NCBI GenBank assembly: GCA_964565125.1
Contig: CAZMCX010000007.1
Location: forward strand, 1 to 19,449
DNA length: 19,449 bases
Reading direction: 5' to 3'
DNA from: an uncultured archaeon
GTDB lineage: Archaea; Iainarchaeota; Iainarchaeia; Iainarchaeales; 0-14-0-20-30-16
Positions 9,224 to 16,920 of the stretch are shown piece after piece. The translations under genes and the position numbers were made by a program. The first letter of the stretch is position 1, and each line of letters begins with the position of its first letter. The notes beneath the pieces are model-generated. The model did no database searches and was not told the origin of the DNA. It saw only the letters and a list, made by a program, of their open reading frames with translations.

Positions 9224-11247
9224 TTATCACCATAAAATGCTTTTACTTTTGTGTTCCAAACTTCAATTTGATCTTTAGTCATGTCATACATTACCGGCTC
9301 AACAGTTTTCAGAGCATCTTTATTTACTTTATAGACTCTCACAGTATTCTTTACATATACCAAAGTCAGGTATTTTGAGATTTCTGGGCTCATAAGCCAT
9401 AGTTTTACAGCCATACTACTATTTGCAGGATAACTAAAAACATACAATATATTCTTTCCGCCATCGGTATAATAAAATAAAGGTGTTTTTCCATTTATAA
9501 CAGTAAAAGGCTTACTAGTCCAAGCAGTTGGTATTGTAGACATATAATCCTCTGTCAACTTATTTGATCCACACATATAATAATTATCTTTCTGCATCTG
9601 GAAAGCTGTTTTTGTACAACCCATATACACAGAGAAATATTTTGAAATTCTGGGATCATTTTGATTTACAGTATCATACAAATACATTGCGAACAGCGGT
9701 AATCCTCGCAAAGTATCCATGTCTATTAGCACATAATCTGAATCATATGCTTTCAAAATTCCTGCAGCATGTTCTGTATTATCATCTAAAAAGAACATAG
9801 GTACATCTTTCAATGCTTGACCATCACTATTTGTATTATCTGTTGCTACTCTTCTATCAGCCAAAAATGTTATCCAGTGGCCTTCGCTCCACCAATTAAA
9901 GAGCTTTGCATTTTCTGGTGTGTTTTCACCTATCCAAGATATTGTTTCTTTCCAGCCACTGCCACCATCCAATTGGGGGGTGTGGTTATGAACAAATATG
10001 GTTGCACCAGCAACCCCAGTAATTGTTAAAAACAATAAAGCACCAACTAAACCCACCCGCAAGGCAATATGTTTGTTAGTTCCAATAAAGAGTTTATAAA
10101 GTTCATACATAGTTAACACAGTCAGTGCTGCTACAGGCAATCCAAACCAAAATGTTGCTTTTAGCTTATTCCATGCAAGATATAAACATCCTGCAGACCA
10201 GACAAGAATAAGCAAAGTAAACCAATCTTTTTTGTCAAAGATTATTCTATACAGTCCGAGGATAAATCCCACAATAATAAAAATCAAAAATATGTTGTAC
10301 TTTGATCCAAATGCTGGGTATCCCTGGCTTTCTTCCCCCACTTTCATTGATGTCACAAGGCCCATCTTTTGGGTATCAACATCAGTATCATTAAGTCCAA
10401 AAATTCCAGAAACATAATTTACATCTGTTTTTATCCATTGAGAATCCCAAGCAGTTGCAATAACACCCATAAGTAAAAAACAAGAAACAAAAACCAAGGA
10501 AAATCCTTTCAAAAATTCAATATCCTTATATACAATTAATTTCATAATCAGAATTGTAACGAAATATCCAATCAGTATAACTGGAACTATTGCAAATACC
10601 TCCCAAACCATTGCCATAATCCCTAAAAACAGTCCACCCAAAAGCCCATAAATAATTGGCTTCCATTTAACGCTTTTGGTTTCCACAAATTTAGAAATTC
10701 CTAAAATCAAGAATCCAAATCCTAAAACCATCCACAAGAAACCCATACAATCTTCTTCATAGTGTCCACTCATTGTTCTATATACAAATGCAGGCATTAC
10801 TGCAGCAAAAAATGCTGCAAGGTATCCGACGATTCTGTTCTTATAACCAACTCTAAACAAGAAATACATTGCTAAAGTCGTGAAAGCACCATAGAATGCA
10901 GGCAGGAGCCTAATAAACCAGACCCAGAGATCTTTGCTGTACGCGGCCCCAAAAGTAAATATATTCCAAAATAAAACCCCAAAATACCATAACAGACTAA
11001 CAGAATACGGGGCTTTGTCTGCCTTATGATAAATTCCCAGCAAATCAGTATGATCTACAAATGGTTCCTGAATATATGCCGCATTAGCTCTTGCATGCCA
11101 ATAAGCATCCGGCTCAATAAAGCCATCATATCGCATAATATGTAATCTGAACCCCAAAGCTATCAAAAATATAAAAAGCAATATTAAAATATGCCATTTA
11201 TTTTCTAAAATTTTTGCCCACAATTTCTTAAAAAAATTAACACCCAT
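9217..11247 (-). CDS. aglB: oligosaccharyltransferase AglB/STT3 family (GT-C)
   Basis: Polytopic N-terminal half with an EPD in the first loop and a YEED motif. The C-terminal soluble domain has NWWSEGHWI (the WWDXG position) followed by the STT3-typical DNTN...AAGILKAYDSDYVLID. The ORF-track GTG at 11256 sits in a G-rich AAGTGGT element, so the ATG at 11247 is preferred. Confidence 0.85.
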   Translation of the reverse strand: MGVNFFKKLWAKILENKWHILILLFIFLIALGFRLHIMRYDGFIEPDAYWHARANAAYIQEPFVDHTDLLGIYHKADKAPYSVSLLWYFGVLFWNIFTFGAAYSKDLWVWFIRLLPAFYGAFTTLAMYFLFRVGYKNRIVGYLAAFFAAVMPAFVYRTMSGHYEEDCMGFLWMVLGFGFLILGISKFVETKSVKWKPIIYGLLGGLFLGIMAMVWEVFAIVPVILIGYFVTILIMKLIVYKDIEFLKGFSLVFVSCFLLMGVIATAWDSQWIKTDVNYVSGIFGLNDTDVDTQKMGLVTSMKVGEESQGYPAFGSKYNIFLIFIIVGFILGLYRIIFDKKDWFTLLILVWSAGCLYLAWNKLKATFWFGLPVAALTVLTMYELYKLFIGTNKHIALRVGLVGALLFLTITGVAGATIFVHNHTPQLDGGSGWKETISWIGENTPENAKLFNWWSEGHWITFLADRRVATDNTNSDGQALKDVPMFFLDDNTEHAAGILKAYDSDYVLIDMDTLRGLPLFAMYLYDTVNQNDPRISKYFSVYMGCTKTAFQMQKDNYYMCGSNKLTEDYMSTIPTAWTSKPFTVINGKTPLFYYTDGGKNILYVFSYPANSSMAVKLWLMSPEISKYLTLVYVKNTVRVYKVNKDALKTVEPVMYDMTKDQIEVWNTKVKAFYGDNW

Positions 11248-11262
11248 ATAAACCACTTAGAT

Positions 11263-13959
11263 TTACACCAATTTACTTATTTCTTGTTCTATCTCTTTAA
11301 TATTCACATTTATTCCGCTTACTTGTGCAAAGTCCAAAGATCCGCCACCTTTTCCACCAAACTTACTTGAAATCTCTTTTGCAATAAACCCCGCACCCTT
11401 CTTTACCACACTTGAATTTACAACTATATTCATCTGTTCTATATCCTTAGAATAAATTATTAGTAAATCAAATTTATTAATAAATCTCTTTTTTGCCATA
11501 ATCCCAAGCTTCAAAAACGATTCAACATTGTAAATCTTTACCTCTTTTACCACTTTCTTTCCTTTTTCCAATTCCAATGCAGAAATTATCCTTTCAGATT
11601 CTTTTTCGTCAACTTCCACAAGTGCTTTTTGCTGTGTTTTTAGTTCTTGTATAGTCCTGTCTATTGTAATCAAGACATCATTCTTTGGAACTTTTAGCAA
11701 CTCGCTTGCCTTGTCCACTGTTTGTTGTAATTCTTGGCCATATCTTACTGCAGAAATTCCTGCCTTAAAATAAATTCTTTCAACACCATCTCTTACTGAT
11801 TCTCTTTTTACAATTTTAAAATATCCAATCTGACCAGTCTTCTCTAAATGTGTTCCACCACAAGCCTCGACATCTAAGCCTGAAATCTCAATTATTCTTA
11901 ATTCTTTTCCGGGAACTGCTCCGCCCTGATAAATTCTAAAACCATATTTTTGTTCAGCAACTTGTCTTGGCAAAACACTCTTTTTCACTATTAAGTCTTG
12001 CTGAATATATTCATTAACTTTGCGTTCTATCTCTTCTAATTCATATTTAGTAATTGCTTTAAAATGAGTAATATCCAAATGAGCAATGTCTGCTTTTTTA
12101 TTTGCTCCTGCTTGCCAAATATGCTTTCCCAAAACTTGTTGACAAACACCATTCAATAAATGAGTTGATGTGTGGTGTTGTGATAATGCCAGCCTTCTTG
12201 GAAAGTCAATTTTACAAGTAACTGTAGAATTTTTCTTTATTTTCTTTGGCTCTGAAACTTTATGTAAAATTACATTCCCAATATTCTTTACTTCCAACAC
12301 TTTTATTCCGTCTATTTCTCCCAAATCACAGTCTTGTCCACCGCCTTCAGGATAAAATGCGGTTTTGTTTAATATAACATAATCCTCTATCATTCCTAAT
12401 ACTTTTGCTTCAAAAGAATCCATATAAAAATATTCATAATACAACTTCTCAGTTTTATCAAATCCTTTTACTTTTACTTGCAAAGGATCAACCTCTTTTT
12501 GCACAGTAGGAAGTTTTTTATCTAGATTTATTTCTTGAACTTCTAATTTCATATTTTCTTTTTCAGCAACTTCTTTTACTTGCTCAAGAACAACACCATA
12601 AGATTCATACAAAAATGACAAATCTTGCTCAGTTATTTTGTTTGTTTCTTTTTTCTTCTTTATCAGGTATGCACTTACCACAGATCTTGCTTGTTCTTTT
12701 GATTTTCTATATTTTTCATATTCTGTGTCAAGAACATTAAACACTATATTGCTTTCTCCTAATTCTGGGTACAATGGTTTCAAATAATTTATGTGCTTTT
12801 CTAAGACAGTATTTAAATCTGACGAAAAATTATTTTTTTCATACAAAGAAAATGCCCTTCTTAAAACATATCTCAGATTATATCCCCCGCCAGTATTAGA
12901 GGGGAGCATACCATCAACAGAAGTAAATAATATTGTCTTCAAATGATCCAAAATAGCATAAGCAGACTGCAATGGGAGCAATTGTTTTTTCATGTTTGAA
13001 TATTCAATCCCAATTTTATTTGCAATTTCATATTCATCATTTCCAATTCTTTCTGAGAAGTCAATTTTTCCTGCATTAGTAACATATTCTTCTAAAAATG
13101 CTGGTTCTTTTATTGATTCTTTACTCAAAAAGTGCTTTGCAACAGGCCCAAAAGTAATATCATAAGACATTGGTTTTGTATCAGTGATCCATGCAAACCG
13201 TTCTTGGCCTGCACCCATATCAATTACTTTTGTATCCAATTCTTTTAAGCCATTATCAGTTAGATAATATTGCATGAAAACACAATTTCCCAACTCAATT
13301 CCGTCAACAAAGTATTCCAAAGACGGGCCCACATTTCCACCGCCCATCCAAACATCTTCTCTAAATACTATTTTTTCTTTAGGAATACCCAAAGCTTTTG
13401 TTAAAAATAAAAAGTCGTTCTCTATTGCCTGATCTTTCCAGTAAAACAAGCCTGTTTTTTTGCTGTTAAATGCGTGCTGCCCAATCATTACAAAGTTTGT
13501 ATAATGCCTTCCAGTAACTCCTACATTTGGAATATCATTAAACCTCAAACAAGGTTGGTTTATTACCAAAGGATTTGCAACTGGCTCTGCCTCTCCAGAA
13601 ACAACATAAGGCTGAAATCCAGTAATAGATGCCAAGTTAAAATAAATATCATTTCTCCACCTTGCAACTGTTGGAAATCTTTTCACAGATGTGTGATTTT
13701 TTCTATTAAAAAACCTTTCAAAGGTTTTCCATGCTTCAATATAATCCAATTTTTGAGGAGTTATTTTTCTTCCAATAAATTTATAGCCCACACATTCAGA
13801 GTCTTCACAAAACTCCCTGCTTTGATCTAAAGTCCAAAAATAGTTCTTACATTTTTTACATTGCTTTCTTATAAAACCTTCTTTCTCTAAAAATGCAAGC
13901 TTGTAGTGGTTTTCCCACTTCTTAGCAAATTCCTGTTTTAGTTGTTTTTTATCTAACAT
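11263..13959 (-). CDS. alaS: alanyl-tRNA synthetase (archaeal type)
   Basis: 898 aa. It has an N-terminal Cys cluster (CKKCKNYFWTLD...CEDSEC) typical of archaeal AlaRS, the editing-domain HxxxH/CGGTH motifs (HHTSTH, ACGGTH), and a C-terminal DHHA1-like GGKGGGS. AGGTG lies 8 nt upstream of the ATG. Confidence 0.95.
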   Translation of the reverse strand: MLDKKQLKQEFAKKWENHYKLAFLEKEGFIRKQCKKCKNYFWTLDQSREFCEDSECVGYKFIGRKITPQKLDYIEAWKTFERFFNRKNHTSVKRFPTVARWRNDIYFNLASITGFQPYVVSGEAEPVANPLVINQPCLRFNDIPNVGVTGRHYTNFVMIGQHAFNSKKTGLFYWKDQAIENDFLFLTKALGIPKEKIVFREDVWMGGGNVGPSLEYFVDGIELGNCVFMQYYLTDNGLKELDTKVIDMGAGQERFAWITDTKPMSYDITFGPVAKHFLSKESIKEPAFLEEYVTNAGKIDFSERIGNDEYEIANKIGIEYSNMKKQLLPLQSAYAILDHLKTILFTSVDGMLPSNTGGGYNLRYVLRRAFSLYEKNNFSSDLNTVLEKHINYLKPLYPELGESNIVFNVLDTEYEKYRKSKEQARSVVSAYLIKKKKETNKITEQDLSFLYESYGVVLEQVKEVAEKENMKLEVQEINLDKKLPTVQKEVDPLQVKVKGFDKTEKLYYEYFYMDSFEAKVLGMIEDYVILNKTAFYPEGGGQDCDLGEIDGIKVLEVKNIGNVILHKVSEPKKIKKNSTVTCKIDFPRRLALSQHHTSTHLLNGVCQQVLGKHIWQAGANKKADIAHLDITHFKAITKYELEEIERKVNEYIQQDLIVKKSVLPRQVAEQKYGFRIYQGGAVPGKELRIIEISGLDVEACGGTHLEKTGQIGYFKIVKRESVRDGVERIYFKAGISAVRYGQELQQTVDKASELLKVPKNDVLITIDRTIQELKTQQKALVEVDEKESERIISALELEKGKKVVKEVKIYNVESFLKLGIMAKKRFINKFDLLIIYSKDIEQMNIVVNSSVVKKGAGFIAKEISSKFGGKGGGSLDFAQVSGINVNIKEIEQEISKLV

Positions 13960-14049
13960 AAGAATTACACCTTTTAGTTATTCATATAAAAAAAGTCATA
14001 TAAATATATAAAATAATCTAAAGTATGTTATTATATCTTGGGTGTGCCT

Positions 14050-15396
14050 ATGCTTGATATTAATTTATTTAGAGATGACAAAGAGTTCAAAAAGATCCTA
14101 GAAAGCGAGAAAAGAAGGAATAAACCCCTTGATTTCGCCAAAGACACCAAAAAGTTCGATGACCTTTGGAGAAAAGCCAAGCAAGAGAAGGAAGAACTAA
14201 GAGCGGAAAAGAACAAAATAACTAAAGGAATCGCTACTGTAGCCCAAGACAAAAACACAAAAAACGAACAAAAAACCAAGGAGATTACTAGATTAAAAGT
14301 AAAGAGCAAAACATTAGATATACAAATAAAAGAACTTGAAAACAAAGAAACTACATACCTACAAGCAAGAGATGAAAACCGTTACAAAGTTGGAAATATT
14401 TTATACCCCACAGTCCCAAATGGAAAAAGCGACGAAGAAAATGTTCCATTTAAGTTCTGGGGAAAAGCAAAAGTCCAGAAGCAGCATCTAGCAGACTTCA
14501 AAAAAGCCTCTCTTGGAAAAATGGATTATTCCTTACTTGATTTTGAACCAAAAAGCCACGCAGATTTAGGCCCAGAAAGAGGATTATTTGACCTAGAAAG
14601 AGCAGCAAAGATTTCTGGTGCAAGAGCTTACTACCTAAAAGGCAAACTAACAATTTTACATTTATCTCTTTTGAGATTTGCATTAGACAAACTTGTTGAA
14701 GCAGATTATATGCCATTATACACTCCTTTCCTCATAAATAAAGATGTTATGGAAAAGGCAGCAGAACTAGCAGATTTTAAAGAAACTTTATATCAAACAA
14801 CTGAAGGCCAATTCTTAATTGCAACTGCAGAACAGACTCTTGCAGCCTATCATATGGACGAAGTTCTAGATGAAAAAGTTCTTCCTCTAAAATATGCTGG
14901 TTATTCTTCTGCATTCAGAAGAGAGGCCGGAAGTGCAGGAAAGGACACAAGAGGGATCTTCAGGGTTCACCAATTTGATAAAGTTGAACAATATGTTTTT
15001 TGTAAAGCAAAAGACAACGAAAAGATACACGAAGAACTTCTAAAGAATGCGGAAAGCATCTACAAAGAACTAGAAATCCCATACCGAGTTGTTAATATTT
15101 GCACAGGCGATATGAACGATACAGCAGCAAAGAAGTATGATATTGAGTTGTGGATGCCAGTACAAGGAAAGTTCAGAGAGATTGGTTCTTATTCTATAAC
15201 AACAGATTATCAAACAAGGAAGCTAAATGTAAGGTATGAGGAAAAGGGAGAAAGAATAGTTTGTCATTCTCTAAACGGCACAGCCTTGCCATCTCCAAGA
15301 AGTTTAGCAGCATTCATCGAGAACCATCAAACCAAGGACTACAAGATCAAGATCCCAAAAGCATTACAAAAGTATACTGGGTTTAAAGAGATCTAG
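14050..15396 (+). CDS. serS: seryl-tRNA synthetase (type 1)
   Basis: The MLDINLFR N-terminus, a long Lys/Glu coiled-coil arm, and class II motifs (FRREAGSAGKDTRGIFRVHQF, GDMNDTAAKKYDIELW, SLNGTAL). The ORF-track TTG at 14038 lies within or next to a GGGTG SD-like element. The ATG at 14050 is preferred. Confidence 0.95.
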   Translation: MLDINLFRDDKEFKKILESEKRRNKPLDFAKDTKKFDDLWRKAKQEKEELRAEKNKITKGIATVAQDKNTKNEQKTKEITRLKVKSKTLDIQIKELENKETTYLQARDENRYKVGNILYPTVPNGKSDEENVPFKFWGKAKVQKQHLADFKKASLGKMDYSLLDFEPKSHADLGPERGLFDLERAAKISGARAYYLKGKLTILHLSLLRFALDKLVEADYMPLYTPFLINKDVMEKAAELADFKETLYQTTEGQFLIATAEQTLAAYHMDEVLDEKVLPLKYAGYSSAFRREAGSAGKDTRGIFRVHQFDKVEQYVFCKAKDNEKIHEELLKNAESIYKELEIPYRVVNICTGDMNDTAAKKYDIELWMPVQGKFREIGSYSITTDYQTRKLNVRYEEKGERIVCHSLNGTALPSPRSLAAFIENHQTKDYKIKIPKALQKYTGFKEI

Positions 15397-15427
15397 CCTT
15401 TTACAAAAGCCTAAGTTTGCCAAAAGT
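15394..15427 (+). repeat. 34-nt repeat, copy A (TAGCCTTTTACAAAAGCCTAAGTTTGCCAAAAGT)
   Basis: 30/34 identical to 16921..16954. It starts with the serS stop codon. It contains an imperfect hairpin (TAGCCTTTT/AAAAGCCTA) followed by the core CTAAGTTTGCCAAAA. Confidence 0.8.
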
Positions 15428-15496
15428 ACATAAGGTACTGAGAAGCACAAGGCTTCTCGAAATCTCGGTTTCTAGGTTGTTTTATTCTTTTCCCAA

Positions 15497-15508
15497 TGGC
15501 AAAGTTAG
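15497..15508 (-). repeat. core motif copy, inverted (CTAACTTTGCCA)
   Basis: The plus-strand TGGCAAAGTTAG is an 11/12 inverted repeat of CTAAGTTTGCCA at 15411..15422. Confidence 0.65.
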
Positions 15509-15620
15509 ATTACTATCCCAAATTATAACTACGCAAAGAAAATCAGGTTAAATTTTGACGCCTATTATAAAAAGAAAATAAAAAAAGTGAAAAAAAGATA
15601 AAAAAAGTAAAGATTAAGAA

Positions 15621-15752
15621 CTAGTTAAGTTCTCCTCTTCTTCTTGCTCTTTCTCTCTTATTTTTCTTCATTTTTTTCTTGTGCCATTTCCATCTACCAT
15701 CGGCAGCTTTGGTTTTCTTAAATCTACTTGAATCTTTTCCTCTATGTCCCAT
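15621..15752 (-). CDS. uncalled 43-aa Arg/Lys-rich protein, possibly ribosomal protein eL41-like
   Basis: My translation is MGHRGKDSSRFKKTKAADGRWKWHKKKMKKNKRERARRRGELN*. The start context is AAAGGTGAATAAATG (GGTGA, 5-nt spacer). The stop is followed by three T7 runs. The RWKWxKK...KRER core resembles my recollection of archaeal L41e. It is below the 60-aa cutoff of the ORF track. Confidence 0.5.
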   Translation of the reverse strand: MGHRGKDSSRFKKTKAADGRWKWHKKKMKKNKRERARRRGELN

Positions 15753-15882
15753 TTATTCACCTTTCACTTCCCAACCCCCCAATCTACAAAAAGATTAACC
15801 TGAATATCCCCTTGTGGGATATGGTCATTTTTTGCAGCCTATCTTTTTTGTTAAAAAAGACGGGAGTGGTACTTCCCTATTC

Positions 15883-15900
15883 CTAGGGGTTTGCCAAAAA
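15883..15900 (+). repeat. core motif variant (CTAGGGGTTTGCCAAAAA)
   Basis: It shares GTTTGCCAAAA with the other copies. It lies in the divergent spacer between the 43-aa ORF and the membrane-protein gene, about 70 nt upstream of the latter. Confidence 0.5.
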
Positions 15901-15970
15901 TTAGTAATGACAAATATAATAATATTACCTACACTATATTTTTAATAGTTTACCTTAAATCAGGGATAAA

Positions 15971-16582
15971 ATGGGCTTAACTCTAAAGAGATTCAATATT
16001 TACCTAAGATCCGTGCTTATCTTCTTCTACCTCCTTTTGTTCTATGTAAGTATAAATAATTATGGCTATTATGAAATGGGAGCCTGCCTTGGAGCAATAG
16101 TTCTCCTGTTCCTTCCAAATATCCTTGCAAAATTTAAAATATATTTCAGTGATAGCGCTACCTTCATATTCTTTGTTTTTCTGTTTTTGGGGATTATTGG
16201 AGAAACAATCGCAGTACATTATTTTTGGTATGACAAAATAGTGCATTTCTTATCTGGATTTCTGTATTTCACAGCAGGAATGGTGCTCTTGATTATAAGA
16301 TCTGGTGAATCAAAGGTAAATTATGAATTAGACCGATCAATTTTGTATTGTTTTTTGTTCATGATGTTTATTTTAGTTTCGTGGGAAGTTTTCGAGGCGG
16401 CCTCTGACCTTACATTTGGAACAAACTTACTACAAACCGGATTTGACGATACAGCCTGGGACTTAGTCTACAATTTCCTGGGGGGCGTACTAGCTGCAAT
16501 TCTATTCTTTTGGCACTTCAAAAGAAAACAAATCAAGATGTTCCCATTTTTAGTGCAAGGCCTGTTTAGAAAAAGATTATAA
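15971..16582 (+). CDS. polytopic membrane protein of unknown function (possibly YjdF/DUF2238-like)
   Basis: About 6 hydrophobic segments with the conserved-looking polar motifs DKIVHFLSGF, WEVFEAASD and DDTAWDLVYNFLGG. The family assignment is from memory only. Confidence 0.65.
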   Translation: MGLTLKRFNIYLRSVLIFFYLLLFYVSINNYGYYEMGACLGAIVLLFLPNILAKFKIYFSDSATFIFFVFLFLGIIGETIAVHYFWYDKIVHFLSGFLYFTAGMVLLIIRSGESKVNYELDRSILYCFLFMMFILVSWEVFEAASDLTFGTNLLQTGFDDTAWDLVYNFLGGVLAAILFFWHFKRKQIKMFPFLVQGLFRKRL

Positions 16583-16649
16583 AAGCAAATAAGATAAAGA
16601 ACTGCATTAGTCAGATTTTTAAGATGCCTTTTCTAAAAATAGTTATTAT

Positions 16650-16677
16650 GTGGCATTCATGCCACCGTTTTTCTTTT
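16650..16677 (+). terminator. hairpin plus T-runs downstream of the membrane-protein gene
   Basis: GTGGCAT-TC-ATGCCAC (perfect 7-bp arms) is followed by CGTTTTTCTTTT. Confidence 0.45.
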
Positions 16678-16793
16678 GATGGACCAACAAAGCTTTTTGC
16701 TTTGCAAAAAGTTTGAGGGCCTGAAGCAATTTTGTGTAAAACAAAATTGGCTTCTTACCGTAGCTTTCTTTTGGTGAAATTAACCCTTTCTTT

Positions 16794-16810
16794 CTTTTAG
16801 CAAACTTAGG
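16794..16810 (-). repeat. core motif copy, inverted (CCTAAGTTTGCTAAAAG)
   Basis: It differs from copy A's CCTAAGTTTGCCAAAAG at a single position. It forms the 3' strand of the helix that brackets tRNA-Glu. Confidence 0.75.
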
Positions 16811-16839
16811 TTTTTCTTTCTTTTGGAAAGAAAGAAAAA
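16811..16839 (-). terminator. perfect 13-bp hairpin immediately 3' of tRNA-Glu
   Basis: TTTTTCTTTCTTT-TGG-AAAGAAAGAAAAA. It is U-rich on the tRNA strand and could act as a bidirectional terminator or processing structure. Confidence 0.4.
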
Positions 16840-16847
16840 GATAGAAA

Positions 16848-16919
16848 TGCCCCGGCCGGGAATCGGACCCGGGTCATCGGCTTGAAAGGCCAATGTGATA
16901 ACCACTACACTATCGGGGC
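16848..16919 (-). tRNA. tRNA-Glu (anticodon UUC), no encoded CCA
   Basis: Minus-sense sequence GCCCCGAUAGUGUAGUGGUUAUCACAUUGGCCUUUCAAGCCGAUGACCCGGGUCCGAUUCCCGGCCGGGGCA. The cloverleaf has a 6-bp acceptor stem plus an A7/C66 mismatch, U8, A14, GG in the D-loop, the anticodon stem UUGGC/GCCGA, the loop C-U-UUC-A-A, the T-stem CCGGG/CCCGG, and discriminator A. It is followed by UUUCUAU and a 13-bp hairpin. Confidence 0.85.
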
Positions 16920-16920
16920 C

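Noticed and set aside
9154-10417. Four plus-strand ORFs (61-78 aa) inside aglH/aglB
   Set aside because: They are antisense to membrane-protein genes and have no independent signals.
12170-13830. 61-aa and 118-aa plus-strand ORFs inside alaS
   Set aside because: They are antisense to alaS, which is continuous and carries motifs over 898 aa. At 118 aa the longer one is notable, but it has no start context or recognisable motif.
14031-14716. 104-aa and 72-aa minus-strand ORFs overlapping serS
   Set aside because: They are the reverse frame of the Lys/Glu-rich coiled-coil region, which gives a Phe/Leu/Ser low-complexity peptide. serS is clearly the real gene.
16004-16246. 80-aa minus-strand ORF inside the membrane-protein gene
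   Set aside because: It is an antisense shadow ORF. The plus-strand frame has coherent TM segments and conserved polar motifs.
16760-16840. Repeated TTTCTTTCTTTT / CTTTCTTTTGG units considered as a possible CRISPR or mini-array
   Set aside because: The repeats are only 11-12 nt, low-complexity pyrimidine tracts with irregular spacing and no unique spacers, and there are no cas genes. This is not a CRISPR array.
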